The notes below the pieces were generated by a model, which ran no database searches, had not been told where the DNA came from, and saw only the letters and a program-made list of their open reading frames with translations. DNA of 64,000 nucleotides. Origin: an uncultured Pseudomonadales bacterium. GTDB taxonomy: Bacteria > Patescibacteriota > Microgenomatia > UBA1400 > CAYXSR01. This document shows, in pieces, positions 1-11,000 of this stretch. The DNA lies in contig CAYXSR010000002.1 in NCBI GenBank assembly GCA_964467735.1, positions 51,885 to 115,884 of the forward strand. The letters run 5' to 3'. The position numbers were made by a program, and so were the translations under genes. Position 1 is the first letter of the stretch; each line of letters opens with the position of its first letter.

Positions 1-610
1 TTGGGTTAATTAATTGGATTTCCTGCTGAGCCTCATCGAGTTTTTTAATTGACTCATCTATTTGAGGCATTATTTTATCTAATGTTTCAACTATTTTAAC
101 TAACCGTTCCTCTGTACTGCCTCCAGAAAAACTACCTTTACCTTTAAAACCCAAAACGTCAGCATAAGGAGCAATCGCTCCGGTTAAAATTTCTCCTGCC
201 TCTATTCCTTTTATAGCGGCATTTAAACCTCTCTCACCATCCTTATAATAATTATTAAAAAATGGAATAATCTTTAACCAAGATAAAATCCGATAAGCTT
301 TTTTTGTCTCTTCTAATTTAGTTTTGGTGGCTTTTAACTTTTCATCTGTCTGAATTAAATCTTGTTCTTTTACTGAATTATAAGCTTCTTGACCTAAAGT
401 TAATGCTTGTTTAGCTTTCGCAATTACCGGTTTTGTCATTAAAAAGCAAATTCCTGAAAAAACCAATAAAAAACCAATAACAATTATTAAAATTTTCAAC
501 CACTTCTTTTTAGTCTTTGGTTTTATTGGATCGACTAAGGATTCACTCTTATTAATTTTTGGTTGGTTATTTTTAGCTTCAAAATTTATTTTTCCTATTT
601 GTTCTACCAT
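1..610 (-). CDS. Membrane-anchored protein, DUF4012-like N-terminal region (partial, runs off the window)
   Basis: Not in the ORF track; translated by hand. ATG at 610-608 overlaps the upstream stop, then MVEQIGKINFEAK...KKKWLKILIIVIGFLLVFSGICFLM (one TM), a helical region and ...APYADVLGFKGKGSFSGGSTEERLV. No stop before the window edge. The family call is from recall. Confidence 0.65.
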   Translation of the reverse strand, partial: MVEQIGKINFEAKNNQPKINKSESLVDPIKPKTKKKWLKILIIVIGFLLVFSGICFLMTKPVIAKAKQALTLGQEAYNSVKEQDLIQTDEKLKATKTKLEETKKAYRILSWLKIIPFFNNYYKDGERGLNAAIKGIEAGEILTGAIAPYADVLGFKGKGSFSGGSTEERLVKIVETLDKIMPQIDESIKKLDEAQQEIQLINP

Positions 611-1224
611 TTGCTTATCATTGCTTTTGGCGTTTTTAATAAAATAAGTAAATCTTGCCAAAAAGAATGACTCCTTGCATATTTATAATCCATTCTAGCA
701 CGTTTATCGAAAGGAATCTCGTTCCTTCCGGAAGTTTGCCATGGCCCGGTTATCCCTGGCTTAACTGATAAAATTGTTTTTATTAAAGGTTTTGTTTTGG
801 GATATTTTTTAACTTGTTCTTTTAATTCCCTTTCAACATAAGCTCTTGGACCAACAATACTCATCTCTCCTTTTAAAACATTCCATAATTGAGGAAATTC
901 ATCAATCGTCAAATTTCTCAATAATCTTCCTAACCTTGTAATTCTCGGGTCATTTTTAAGCTTCCAATCACCTTTTTTAAATTTTTTTAAAAGTTCTTTA
1001 TCTTTTTCAAAAAGAATTTCATCAGCATTCTCCACCATTGTTCTGAATTTATAAAGCTTAAATTTCTTTCCTTTTTTACCTAATCTTTCATGGCTATAAA
1101 TAATTGATCCCTTTGACTGAAGTTTTATTAAAATAGGGACTATAAACCAAATTGGAAAAAAAATTACCGCCAAAAAAAGAGCTAAACAAATATCTATAAT
1201 TCTTTTTACACACTGATAATTCAT
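604..1224 (-). CDS. Priming sugar transferase (monotopic phosphoglycosyltransferase, PglC/WcaJ C-terminal type)
   Basis: Motifs KRIIDI, FKLYKFRTM, DPRITRLG, IDEFPQLWNVLKGEMSIVGPR, KPGITG, D..Y and DL.IL.KT. Confidence 0.95.
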   Translation of the reverse strand: MNYQCVKRIIDICLALFLAVIFFPIWFIVPILIKLQSKGSIIYSHERLGKKGKKFKLYKFRTMVENADEILFEKDKELLKKFKKGDWKLKNDPRITRLGRLLRNLTIDEFPQLWNVLKGEMSIVGPRAYVERELKEQVKKYPKTKPLIKTILSVKPGITGPWQTSGRNEIPFDKRARMDYKYARSHSFWQDLLILLKTPKAMISKW

Positions 1225-1227
1225 AAG

Positions 1228-2316
1228 TTACTTTTCATAAAGGTTTTTATAAAGTTGCTTTACTTTCGGGGCCTGATCAAGTGGGCAAACTAACAAACCT
1301 TCAGCCGTATCAATAACAATTATATTGGAAAGACCAATTATTCCGGCAATTTTTTTATCCCGAGAAAAAATTAAAGAATTTTTAACATCTATTAGTTCTG
1401 TTTTACCAAGAATCACATTGCCATCTTTGTCTTTAGGTAAACCATAATAGATTAATTCCCAAGTTCCAAGATCTACCCAACCAATATCAACTGGTAATTC
1501 CCACTGTGTACCAGGTTTTAGTTTTTCAAACACGCCAAAATCAACTGAATTTTTCTCAATCTTAGGATATTCTTTATTAAGAACCTGAGTGTATTTGCTC
1601 GTCCCCATTGAGTCTGCAATTTTCTTTATTTTCTTGTAACAATCGGGTGCATGCTCTTTATATTTTTCCAACAAAAGTTGAGGTTTTGTTGCCATATAGC
1701 CAGAGTGAATTAAATATGTTTTGGCAGCTAAAAACTTTTTAGCAGTTGGCAAGTCTGGTTTCTCTACTTGTTTTAAAAACTCATAAACTTCAAACCCATC
1801 CTCACTTCTAAGTTTTTTACCAATTTTTATCCAACCGTTGTGGACTGATGGATAGGTTGGTTTCATATCTATGTGAACTACAACATTATTATCTCTTGAC
1901 AGTTGAGCAGCTTTTTTTAAGGCACTAACAAATGCTTTTTCTTTCCTAACTAAATGGTCCGCTCCCCAAAGAATAATCATTACTGAATTAGGGAATTTAT
2001 GGTTAATTGTGGCCGTCGCCAAAGCCACCGCTCCCAGGGTATCTCTCATCTCTGGTTCAAAAATTATATTTTCCTGGGGAATCTCTGGAGCATGTTTTCT
2101 AATAATTTCTTTATAGTCTTTACCAGTCGAAATGAATATATCCTCGGGACTAAAACCTTTTAATACTCTCTCGAAAGCCTGGCGGAAAAATGATTTTTCA
2201 CCTAAGATTGGACCAAACTGCTTAGGATGACCTATTTTGCTTATTGGCCACATCCTTGTCCCTCGACCACCACAAAAGAGGACTATCTTTGTGTCATTTT
2301 TTCCTGTCTTTTTCAT
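1228..2316 (-). CDS. manC: Mannose-1-phosphate guanylyltransferase-like nucleotidyltransferase without a PMI domain
   Basis: GGRGTRMWPIS..HPKQF, EPEMRDT, ADHLV, VEKPD, SVDFGVFEK, GWVDLGTW, and a C-terminal beta-helix. Several motifs are divergent. Confidence 0.8.
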   Translation of the reverse strand: MKKTGKNDTKIVLFCGGRGTRMWPISKIGHPKQFGPILGEKSFFRQAFERVLKGFSPEDIFISTGKDYKEIIRKHAPEIPQENIIFEPEMRDTLGAVALATATINHKFPNSVMIILWGADHLVRKEKAFVSALKKAAQLSRDNNVVVHIDMKPTYPSVHNGWIKIGKKLRSEDGFEVYEFLKQVEKPDLPTAKKFLAAKTYLIHSGYMATKPQLLLEKYKEHAPDCYKKIKKIADSMGTSKYTQVLNKEYPKIEKNSVDFGVFEKLKPGTQWELPVDIGWVDLGTWELIYYGLPKDKDGNVILGKTELIDVKNSLIFSRDKKIAGIIGLSNIIVIDTAEGLLVCPLDQAPKVKQLYKNLYEK

Positions 2317-3413
2317 ATATCCTCCACTAGTTTTTTAATTTTTTTAATAAAGACTTTCTGATTAAATCTTTTGACATTTTGTTGGCAATCTTTGGCTTTA
2401 AAATTTTTGGCCTTAAACTGCTGAACGGCTTGAACTAGACCTTCTACTGTTTGATTTTCAAAAAGAATACCCGTTTTACCATCAATAACTGTTTCTCCAA
2501 AACCTCCTTTAGTAAAAGCAATTACTGGCTTTCCCGCCGCTTGAGCCTCTATTGCCACTAGACCAAAATCTTCATTTTGAGCTAAAACTACTGCACAACA
2601 CTTTTGATAATAACCAATTAAAATATCATCTGTCAATTGACCAAGAAATTCGATATTATCTTTTGCCATACGTTTTAGTCTTTTTAGCTGATTACCGACG
2701 CCAATAATTTTTAATGGAAGCCTCAGTTTATTAAAAGCTTTAATCACTAAATCTAGCCTTTTATAGGGGACAAGTCTCGAAACTACCAAGAAAAAGTCTT
2801 TTTGGCTGGGTAAATTAGCAATATCCTTCTTCTTAAATCTTTTTATATCAACAGGTGGATAGACAATGATAGAATCTCTATTGTAGTATTTTTTAATTCT
2901 TCTTTGGGTCGTTCGGGAAATAGCTAAAAATTTATCTGGACGTTGAGCAGCAACATAGTCCCATTTTTTAAGAATTGGGGCTAAAAGATTAAAAATTTTT
3001 TTAACTAAGAAATTAAAATTATTAAAACCAGCATTGCCTATATAGTCTTTATATCCCGACCATAAATATCGAGTTGGTGTAAGACAATAACAAATATGAT
3101 TTGTTTTGGTATTGGTAATAACTCCTTTCGCTTCAGCACTAGTAACAGAAATAACTAGTTCAAAATCAGAAAAATCAAAAGATTCAAAAGCAAAAGGTGT
3201 TAACCATGGATAAAACTCATGTTTTTCACTCGCAAATGGAAATTTTTGCATAAAAGAAGGAGTTATCTTAAATCCCTGTGTCCATAAAGCTTTTTTTTGA
3301 TTATAAACAGCAGTGAAAAAGGGTGCCTCTGGCCAGACTTCATGTAAAACTTGCAAGATCCTCTCTGCCCCTCCAATTTTATTAAGTCGATCATAAACAA
3401 TCGCTACTCTCAT
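2313..3413 (-). CDS. GT4 glycosyltransferase (WbaZ-like mannosyltransferase)
   Basis: GGAERIL, HICYCLTPTRYLW, VSRLVPYKR, EDFGLVAIEAQAAGKPV. Confidence 0.9.
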   Translation of the reverse strand: MRVAIVYDRLNKIGGAERILQVLHEVWPEAPFFTAVYNQKKALWTQGFKITPSFMQKFPFASEKHEFYPWLTPFAFESFDFSDFELVISVTSAEAKGVITNTKTNHICYCLTPTRYLWSGYKDYIGNAGFNNFNFLVKKIFNLLAPILKKWDYVAAQRPDKFLAISRTTQRRIKKYYNRDSIIVYPPVDIKRFKKKDIANLPSQKDFFLVVSRLVPYKRLDLVIKAFNKLRLPLKIIGVGNQLKRLKRMAKDNIEFLGQLTDDILIGYYQKCCAVVLAQNEDFGLVAIEAQAAGKPVIAFTKGGFGETVIDGKTGILFENQTVEGLVQAVQQFKAKNFKAKDCQQNVKRFNQKVFIKKIKKLVEDI

Positions 3414-4567
3414 AAATTTCTTTTATAAATTTGAAAAGTTTCATCTTTTGTTTTTTGCCAGGAGAAATTTTTAACTCTCTGTTTTCCTGTCTTAATAAGC
3501 TTTCTTCTCAATTCATTAGAGGAATGGATTGTTCTAATCTTCTCAGCGATATCATCAATATCCAAAGGATTAAAATATAAAGCTGCTTTATCATAAATCT
3601 CTGGCAAAGAACTCTGTTTACTTGATAACACCGGACAACCAGCTGCCATTGCTTCTAATCCTGGCAGACCAAAACCCTCCATTAAAGAAGGAGTAATAAA
3701 AGACAATGATTCATAGTATAGTATTTTCAAATCTTCATCATTTACAAATCCCAAACATTTAACAAAATTTTCTGCTTTATAATTTTTAATAGTTTTCTTT
3801 AACCTTTGAAGAAAAACATCCCTTGCACAAACAATTATTAAATTAATCATTTTTTCGTTGGTTGAAAATTGATTTGCCTTTTTTAATCCTAGAATTAAAC
3901 GTTCTAAATTTTTATGAGGATAGACACTCCCGACATACAATAAATAAGGTTTTTTTAAATTATATTTTTTTAACACTCTTTTACTTATTGTTTTTGATTT
4001 AATCTCGTTAAATTTCTCCTCTACCCCTTCATAAATTACACTAATTTTTTCTGTGACAAGAGAAGGATATTTTTTAATTAATTTCTTCTTCACCCATTTA
4101 CTTGGAACAATTATTTTCTCTGCTCGTTTTACTGCTAGGTAAAAGATTAAATGATAGTTTAAATATTTAAACCAATAAATAAAAGGATTCTTTGTGGTAG
4201 TAGCCAGTCCTTTCGATTCGTGTTTTATAAGATCATGAATCGTAACTACGTATTTACTAAAGTAAAAAATTGGAACATTAAAATGAGGAAAATGAACTAA
4301 GTCAAATTTTTCTTTTGCCAAAAAAAAGGGAAAAAAAAGCTGCTCTTTTATTGAGTAATGATCAATATTTGTTTTAATATAGAAAAATTTGTTTCCTAAC
4401 TCTTTTTTTATTTTTAAAAATTCTTCTGATTTAACAATTAGCCAAAAATCAATATTATTTGTTTGTTTGTTTTTAATTTGTTTAATCAAATTTTTTATAT
4501 AACGCCCAATTCCTGCATGTTTTAAACCATACATCCGAGCATCAATAGCAATTTTAAAATGTTTCAT
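3410..4567 (-). CDS. GT4 glycosyltransferase (MtfB-like)
   Basis: IDAR..GIGRY, VTIHDL, YVGSVYPHKN, EGFGLPGLEAMAAGCPV. Confidence 0.92.
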   Translation of the reverse strand: MKHFKIAIDARMYGLKHAGIGRYIKNLIKQIKNKQTNNIDFWLIVKSEEFLKIKKELGNKFFYIKTNIDHYSIKEQLFFPFFLAKEKFDLVHFPHFNVPIFYFSKYVVTIHDLIKHESKGLATTTKNPFIYWFKYLNYHLIFYLAVKRAEKIIVPSKWVKKKLIKKYPSLVTEKISVIYEGVEEKFNEIKSKTISKRVLKKYNLKKPYLLYVGSVYPHKNLERLILGLKKANQFSTNEKMINLIIVCARDVFLQRLKKTIKNYKAENFVKCLGFVNDEDLKILYYESLSFITPSLMEGFGLPGLEAMAAGCPVLSSKQSSLPEIYDKAALYFNPLDIDDIAEKIRTIHSSNELRRKLIKTGKQRVKNFSWQKTKDETFQIYKRNL

Positions 4568-4573
4568 TTTAAA

Positions 4574-5467
4574 CTATTTAAAAAAATTGATAATTATTCT
4601 AATAAAACCTTTTAAAGTTATTCCAAATAAAACTAGCTTTGTTAACCATCGTGGATATTTATTTTTATAAAATTTATTATAAAAAATTCTCATTGCTCTA
4701 ATTGATTCTTTTGCGGCTTTAATTCTTGTTTGACGATTTATTTTTATATCCTTGGTTTCTTCCCTTAAACCAGAACTTGCTCCTTTATAATGGATGGCTT
4801 TTGCTTTTGGATAATAAAATATCTGCCAGCCTTTTTCTTTGGCACGATAACAAAAATCAATATCTTCTCCATAAAAAAAATAATTCTCGTCCCACCAACC
4901 TATTCGGTCACCCACTTCTCGTCTTACCAACATAAAAGCTCCACAACAAGCATCTATCTGGTGGGGTTTATCTAAATTTAAATAAAACTGGTGATATTGA
5001 CTGAATAATCGATTTCTAGGAAAGATTTTTTCTAATCCACTAAAATAACAAAAAGCTCCCCAAGGAGTAGGAAATCCACGATGACAATCAGAATCCATTC
5101 TACCATCTCTTAGTTTTAACTTTGGCGTCACCACACCAATTTTTTTATTCTTTCTTAAGAATTTTAATAATAAAAGTATGTTTTCAGGAGAAACTAAGAC
5201 ATCCCCGTTAATAAAAAGTAAATACCTACCTTTAGCTTTTTTAACTGCTAAATTATTTCCGGCAGAAAAACCAATATTTTCTTTGTTTTCGATTAATTTA
5301 ATTTCGGGAAAATTATTCTTCATCATCTCCACACTCTTATCGCAAGAAGCATTATCAACAACAACAACTTCGCTAGAAACTTGCTTTTTTATGTCTTTTA
5401 ATAAATTTAATGATTTAGAGATAATTTCTCTATTATTAAAATTTAAAATTATTATAGAAAGCTTCAT
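4574..5467 (-). CDS. GT2 glycosyltransferase (WbbL-like)
   Basis: SIIILNFN, VVDNAS.D, NIGFSAGNN, GAFML, WDENYFFYGEDIDFCYR. Confidence 0.92.
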   Translation of the reverse strand: MKLSIIILNFNNREIISKSLNLLKDIKKQVSSEVVVVDNASCDKSVEMMKNNFPEIKLIENKENIGFSAGNNLAVKKAKGRYLLFINGDVLVSPENILLLLKFLRKNKKIGVVTPKLKLRDGRMDSDCHRGFPTPWGAFCYFSGLEKIFPRNRLFSQYHQFYLNLDKPHQIDACCGAFMLVRREVGDRIGWWDENYFFYGEDIDFCYRAKEKGWQIFYYPKAKAIHYKGASSGLREETKDIKINRQTRIKAAKESIRAMRIFYNKFYKNKYPRWLTKLVLFGITLKGFIRIIINFFK

Positions 5468-5482
5468 ATTATTTTAATTCCT

Positions 5483-6664
5483 TTAAATTTCTCGATAAAT
5501 TTTGTTAAGGTCTTTGGCAATGTTATACCAATCATACCTTTCAAAAACTAATTTTTGGGCAGCCTTGCTTATATTATTGTTTAAAGTTTTATTTTCTAAA
5601 AGCTCTATCGTCTTCTCTACCATGTCATTTTCATCACTACCAACCAAAACATGTTTTCCTGATTGAAGATCTATCCCCTCAATACCCAAAGGAGTTGTTA
5701 CGACAGAAACCCCCGCCGCCATTGATTCCAAAATTTTATAACGCGTCCCTCTTCCTAGTCTTAGTGGGGCTATCAAAACATCGGCTATAGAAAAAATGTC
5801 TCTTATATCTTCAATATTCTCTTTCAAAACTACCCCTTCTGTTTTTTTAATCAATTCCGCAAGAGACATTGATGGATTCTTTCCAACAATCAAAAGTTTT
5901 GCATTGGGTATCCTTTGATAAATCTTTGGCCAAATTTCTTTAACAAGAAAATTCACCGCATCGCTATTTGGTAACCAGCTAAAATTCCCAACAAAAATAA
6001 CAAGCGGATTTTTTTGTTTTTGTTTCTTAATTTTCTCAAAAAAATCTCTATCGATTCCGTTGGGAATTAATACAACCTTTCTAAAAGAAATTTTCTCCAT
6101 AATTTTTTTGTCTTCTGTAGAAACTGCGATCAATTTTTCACTCCTTTTCCAATAATATTTCTCCCAAAAAATAAGCTTTAATAAATCAAAGTATAGAAAT
6201 GGCTTTAATAGAAGATTTTTTTTATCTATATATTTTCTAAAAACCAAATACTCTATATTGTGTTCTGCTAATACTAATGGTGGTTTTTTAACTCCTAGTA
6301 AGGATAATAAGACATAAAATGTCTCCGAGCTAATTAAATCATAATTATTTAAAAGCTCTTCCTTTAGTAATTTTCTAGCTTTTAAAGAAAAATAACTAAT
6401 CATTAAAAGAGGAAATGGCGAAAAGGCAGTTAAAAAAAGATTGAATAAAGACCAAATATTTCTCCTTCTAACGTAAATTACTTTATGACAAATTTTTTCC
6501 ACCTCAGATATATATTTTTCTTCATTGTCTCTTAAAAAGGTAAAAAGAGTAATTTCGTGTTGCTGAGAGATGTTTCTCAATAAATTATAGGCACGAATTC
6601 TGCCACCACTAATTAAAGGATAAGGTAAAACCGGAGAAACAAACAGGATTTTCATTTTTGACAA
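5483..6664 (-). CDS. GT4 glycosyltransferase
   Basis: PYPLISGGRIR, EHNIE, FVGNFSWLPN, G.GTRYKILESMAAG. Confidence 0.9.
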   Translation of the reverse strand: MSKMKILFVSPVLPYPLISGGRIRAYNLLRNISQQHEITLFTFLRDNEEKYISEVEKICHKVIYVRRRNIWSLFNLFLTAFSPFPLLMISYFSLKARKLLKEELLNNYDLISSETFYVLLSLLGVKKPPLVLAEHNIEYLVFRKYIDKKNLLLKPFLYFDLLKLIFWEKYYWKRSEKLIAVSTEDKKIMEKISFRKVVLIPNGIDRDFFEKIKKQKQKNPLVIFVGNFSWLPNSDAVNFLVKEIWPKIYQRIPNAKLLIVGKNPSMSLAELIKKTEGVVLKENIEDIRDIFSIADVLIAPLRLGRGTRYKILESMAAGVSVVTTPLGIEGIDLQSGKHVLVGSDENDMVEKTIELLENKTLNNNISKAAQKLVFERYDWYNIAKDLNKIYREI

Positions 6665-8079
6665 TCTACCAGTTTAGCAATTATATAATCGTCAGTCTTT
6701 TCAAGAACACAAAACTTTTGTTCTATATATTCAGTTTCTGGACCAAAATCAAAATTAACATAATGAGTGGCTCCTTTACTAATAAGTTTATCTATTTCTA
6801 TTCCCTGAGGCCAACCATCTCTATTAATTTGATATAAAAAGGCAGTATCACCACCCAAAGGAGCAATCACTTTTGCTTCTTTGGGTAAAATTTCATCTGC
6901 TCTTCGTCCAGCAGTAATCATCTTAAAATTATTAATATTGAAAAAATCCCTAACTTGATACCAAGAAAATGCCCACATAAAAACAAAACATATAAAAAGA
7001 AATAACTTAGAAAAAACTTTTCTAAATTCTTTTATTGGAGCAAGTATCACTTTTGCTCCTTTACCAAGAAAAACGCAAATTACTGGCACCAAAAGTATTT
7101 GGTAATAATCATGCTGAATGTTGCCCCTTGCTACAACAATAAGATAAACAAGGGTCCCTAACAACCAAAAATCAAAGAACCTTCCTTCTTTTTTTTCTGT
7201 TTTGGCAATAATTCCTAGTATAAAAATAACTATTCCCCAATATCCCAAAATTAATTTGCTCAATCTCTCGGCAAATAACCACCTAAACCAAGCTGGCTTT
7301 AAACGCATTCCACCGGCATTTAAAAGCCACATATTTGCCGGAATACCCTCGGGAAAATGATTAATCCACCATCGCCACCATAAAAAAGGAACTATTGAAA
7401 TCAATAAATAAGTCCCTGTAAAAAAAAGTGACCTTGTTAATCCCTTTTGTCTCCAAAGTAAATAAAAAATACTGGGGGCAATAATAAATAAAGTAAATGG
7501 TTTGATCAATATAGAAATAGCTGTAAAAATTAGGAAATTACCTAAATATATCTTGCTATTTTTTCTAATAAATCTTAAAAAAAAGTAAATAGCTCCTAAC
7601 ATTGTCATAATCATCATTGGTTCTGGAAGAATTACTCTTGAATAATAAATATTAAAAGGAAGAACGGCAAAGAAAAAACTAGCTAATAATGCCATAGGAA
7701 AATCAATCAAATCTTTGACAATAAAAAATAGAAAAATTAAACTAAAACAGGAAAAAATATTAGAAATTAGTCTTCCCCATATCTCAAGACTAAAAAAACT
7801 CAGATTCTTTGCCAAAAAGGCATGAACAATATTATAGCTTGGAAATTCAACAAACCGATAGCCTTCTGGATTATCTTTTCCGGATGGAATATTAGAAAGG
7901 TCATTAAAACGAGGGTGTAAGATATCAAATCCTTTTTGAACAAAACTTCTTGAAACTGCTGAAGTATCAGCTTGGCGCCAGGAATGCCAATCAGCTATTG
8001 GGTTTCTAATCCTATACAATCTAAGGATAAAATTGATTAAAACAATTACAGATAATAATATAATCTGCTTTTTATTCAT
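6652..8079 (-). CDS. GT-C glycosyltransferase (ArnT/PMT_2 family)
   Basis: Multiple TM segments, DWHSWRQADT loop, EFPSYN, YYSRVILPEP, LIKP, HDYYQ. Confidence 0.8.
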   Translation of the reverse strand: MNKKQIILLSVIVLINFILRLYRIRNPIADWHSWRQADTSAVSRSFVQKGFDILHPRFNDLSNIPSGKDNPEGYRFVEFPSYNIVHAFLAKNLSFFSLEIWGRLISNIFSCFSLIFLFFIVKDLIDFPMALLASFFFAVLPFNIYYSRVILPEPMMIMTMLGAIYFFLRFIRKNSKIYLGNFLIFTAISILIKPFTLFIIAPSIFYLLWRQKGLTRSLFFTGTYLLISIVPFLWWRWWINHFPEGIPANMWLLNAGGMRLKPAWFRWLFAERLSKLILGYWGIVIFILGIIAKTEKKEGRFFDFWLLGTLVYLIVVARGNIQHDYYQILLVPVICVFLGKGAKVILAPIKEFRKVFSKLFLFICFVFMWAFSWYQVRDFFNINNFKMITAGRRADEILPKEAKVIAPLGGDTAFLYQINRDGWPQGIEIDKLISKGATHYVNFDFGPETEYIEQKFCVLEKTDDYIIAKLVDCQK

Positions 8080-11000
8080 TTACTTCTATTATCTCATCGC
8101 CTAAATATTCTTTTAGATTATTCTGTTCATCAAAAACAAAAACATAAGTTGGTAAAGTCGATTTTTTATAATCCTTAGCGCTTTCTAATTCAGAAACTTT
8201 AACAACCCCTAATGTCTGATCACGGTAGATAAACCATAATGCATCTTCTAATCCTACTGGAAAAACCCAAGCATTTTCATATTTTATGGGAACGTTTACA
8301 AAACAAAGTGTTGCTCCCTCTGGAAATTCAAGATAATTATCTTTTAAGGCTCTTAGTGTTGTATAGGAAATATCAGAGGCTTTACTCCATTGCTGAAGCT
8401 GCCTGATAGTCAATTTTATAAAATAAATTGATAGAAACAATGATGTTAAAATTAAAAACACCATCCTGATTTTATATCTCCTTACCCTGTAGACAAAAGA
8501 AACCAAGACAAATGCCAGAATTGCACTAAAACCAAAAGAAGCTAAATAATTATAACGAATACTTATATTGCCCAGTCCCAAAAACGGCAATAGACTAATA
8601 AAAGATAAGGAAAAGAAGAAAAATATTATCTTTCCATCGATATAAACTTTTGATAGCTTCACATTTAATCTTTTTTTCAATTTTAAAATTATAACAGTAA
8701 TAAAAATTAAAATTATAACAAACCAAAAAATATGTTCTCGCCAAAAACCTCTTAGGTTCTGATAGAAAGGAAGAAATTCTGTTCCTAAGATAGTTAAACC
8801 AAGATATCCAAATAAATTACCCACAAAGTTAATTGGTAGTTTTAAAAAGTTATAATTGTAATCACCCGATAACCAATGAGAAGAGGCTATTAAACGCATA
8901 AATAGATAAAAGGCTGCTTCGGCACCAAAAAGAAGAACAAAAATAAAATCCCTTTTATCTTTCTTACTGAAAAGAAATACAAGTAGACATAGAAGAGGAA
9001 AAACTATTCCTGATTCATGAGAAAAAAGCGCCAGTAAGCCCAAAATTGATATTAAAATTAAAAATATTATCCTTTCAAAAGATTTGTTCGTTTGTAAAAA
9101 ACGAAACCAAAAATAAAGTCCCCAGATAGTAAACAAAGCAGAAAGGGCAATCATTATCCCTGAGCTCCAAACAACAGTCTCTATTTGGGAAGGAATAATG
9201 GTGAAAAATAAAGCTGCTAAGAAAGCAGTTAGTTTTCGTCCGGTATATTTTCTGGTCAATAAAAATACTCCTAAAGCGGTAAAAAGATGAATAATTATAC
9301 TTGTTGCATGATAACCAAATGGTTTTAGCCAAAAAATAGAATAAAGAAGGAAAAAATAGATTTTTCCAATCGGTCGATAGAAAAAACCAGCTGCGTCAAT
9401 AAATGGCAAATAAATATCTTTAAAAGAAAAGTTTGCTCCCCATTTCAACCAGGTAAAATCGTCACCAATAAAATAATTATTTAAACTGCCAGAATATAGC
9501 AACAAACCAACAATACAAATAAAAATAAAGAGAATAAAAGGAGAAGTAATAAATTGTTCAATGTTTCTTTTCAAATCAATCTTTCGACTAGAGTTAAAAC
9601 TAATAAAAATCCCCATTAAAATACCGATAAGAGGCCAAACTGTAAAGGCCACCTTAGAGGCTTCAAAAATATCAATCATTAAAGCATTTATTGCAACTCC
9701 AAATATACCTCCTAAAATTCCTGCTGCCATACTTTTAAAAAATGAGTCTTTTATTGAAGAAAAAGCTTTCTTTGTCCAAAAATAAATCAACAAAAATATA
9801 CTAAGGAAGCTAAGTAGGCCTAATAGTCCCGTCTCTCCCAACGTTCGTAAATAACTATTATCGGTTGCTAGAGAAATTGAAGAATAACCAGAGCCTGTTA
9901 ATATATTTCTTTTAAAAGCATTTATTGCTCTCGGCCATGTTCCTTGAAATCTTGTTGTAAAAGAAATGTCATACACTAATGCCTTTTGGATTAAAAAACT
10001 ACCAGAAATTGTTGCGATCTCGCTTGCTTTAGTAGCCACTTCTAAAGTCTCATATAGAGGAGTAGCAATTTTCTTTTTTATCACCGCCACTGAGGTGGCG
10101 GCTGGACTATCTTCTAGACTTGTAGGAGGCAAGGCAATAAAACCAGTGCCCAAAGGTAGATCTTCTTCAGCAACTTCATCTTCTTCGGTGATAACTTTTC
10201 CCAATTTTTCAATATCCTCTAGTTTGGCAATTGGCTTCCCCGTTACTTTATCATAAACAACATTTTCTACTCTAAAAGTTTTACTTAATCTTTCTGACAT
10301 TTGGCCGACAGAATTGCTCAGAAAAAAACTAATAAGAATAACTGGAATAATAAATTTTTTCTGTTTCAGTAAAACTAAAACTAAACTAATCGCTAACAAA
10401 TAAACTAAAAAAGAAACTCTTGAGGCCGTCAACAACAATAACTCATAAGCACCGATAAATAAAATAAAATAAAAGATTTTAGCTAACTTATTTTTAATAC
10501 CAAAAAAAAGGGCCCCAAACAAAGAAAGCATCAATACCAAGTAGGCTGCCAAGTCGTAATGTCCGCCAAAAGTAGAAGTAATTCTGTTGTTTGGGCCAAG
10601 TCTTAGAGGAATACCTTTAGCAAATTCCTCGTTCATAGTTAGATAAGCAGGCAAACCCATAAACTTCTGACCAAAACCATAAATTATAACTCCCACCAAA
10701 CCAATAATAATCGCCACCAAATAAAATTTAATTAATTTGTTATTCTCTTTCACTGTGGTGTAAACAAAGAAAAAAGGAATTATATATTCTATGCGTCGCA
10801 AATAATGAAGAATGGATACATTTGGAAAAAAATTAGCTAAGTGGGGTGCTAAAAAAATTAAAGCTACAACAGTAGATAGCAACCCTACTAACCAATAAAT
10901 AAATATTGCCCCTGTCAGAGGAGTCCTCAACCGATCTCTATTTCTTACAACCTTTGCTAAAAAAATAATTGTTAAAAACGCAACCAGTAAATCTTCTATT

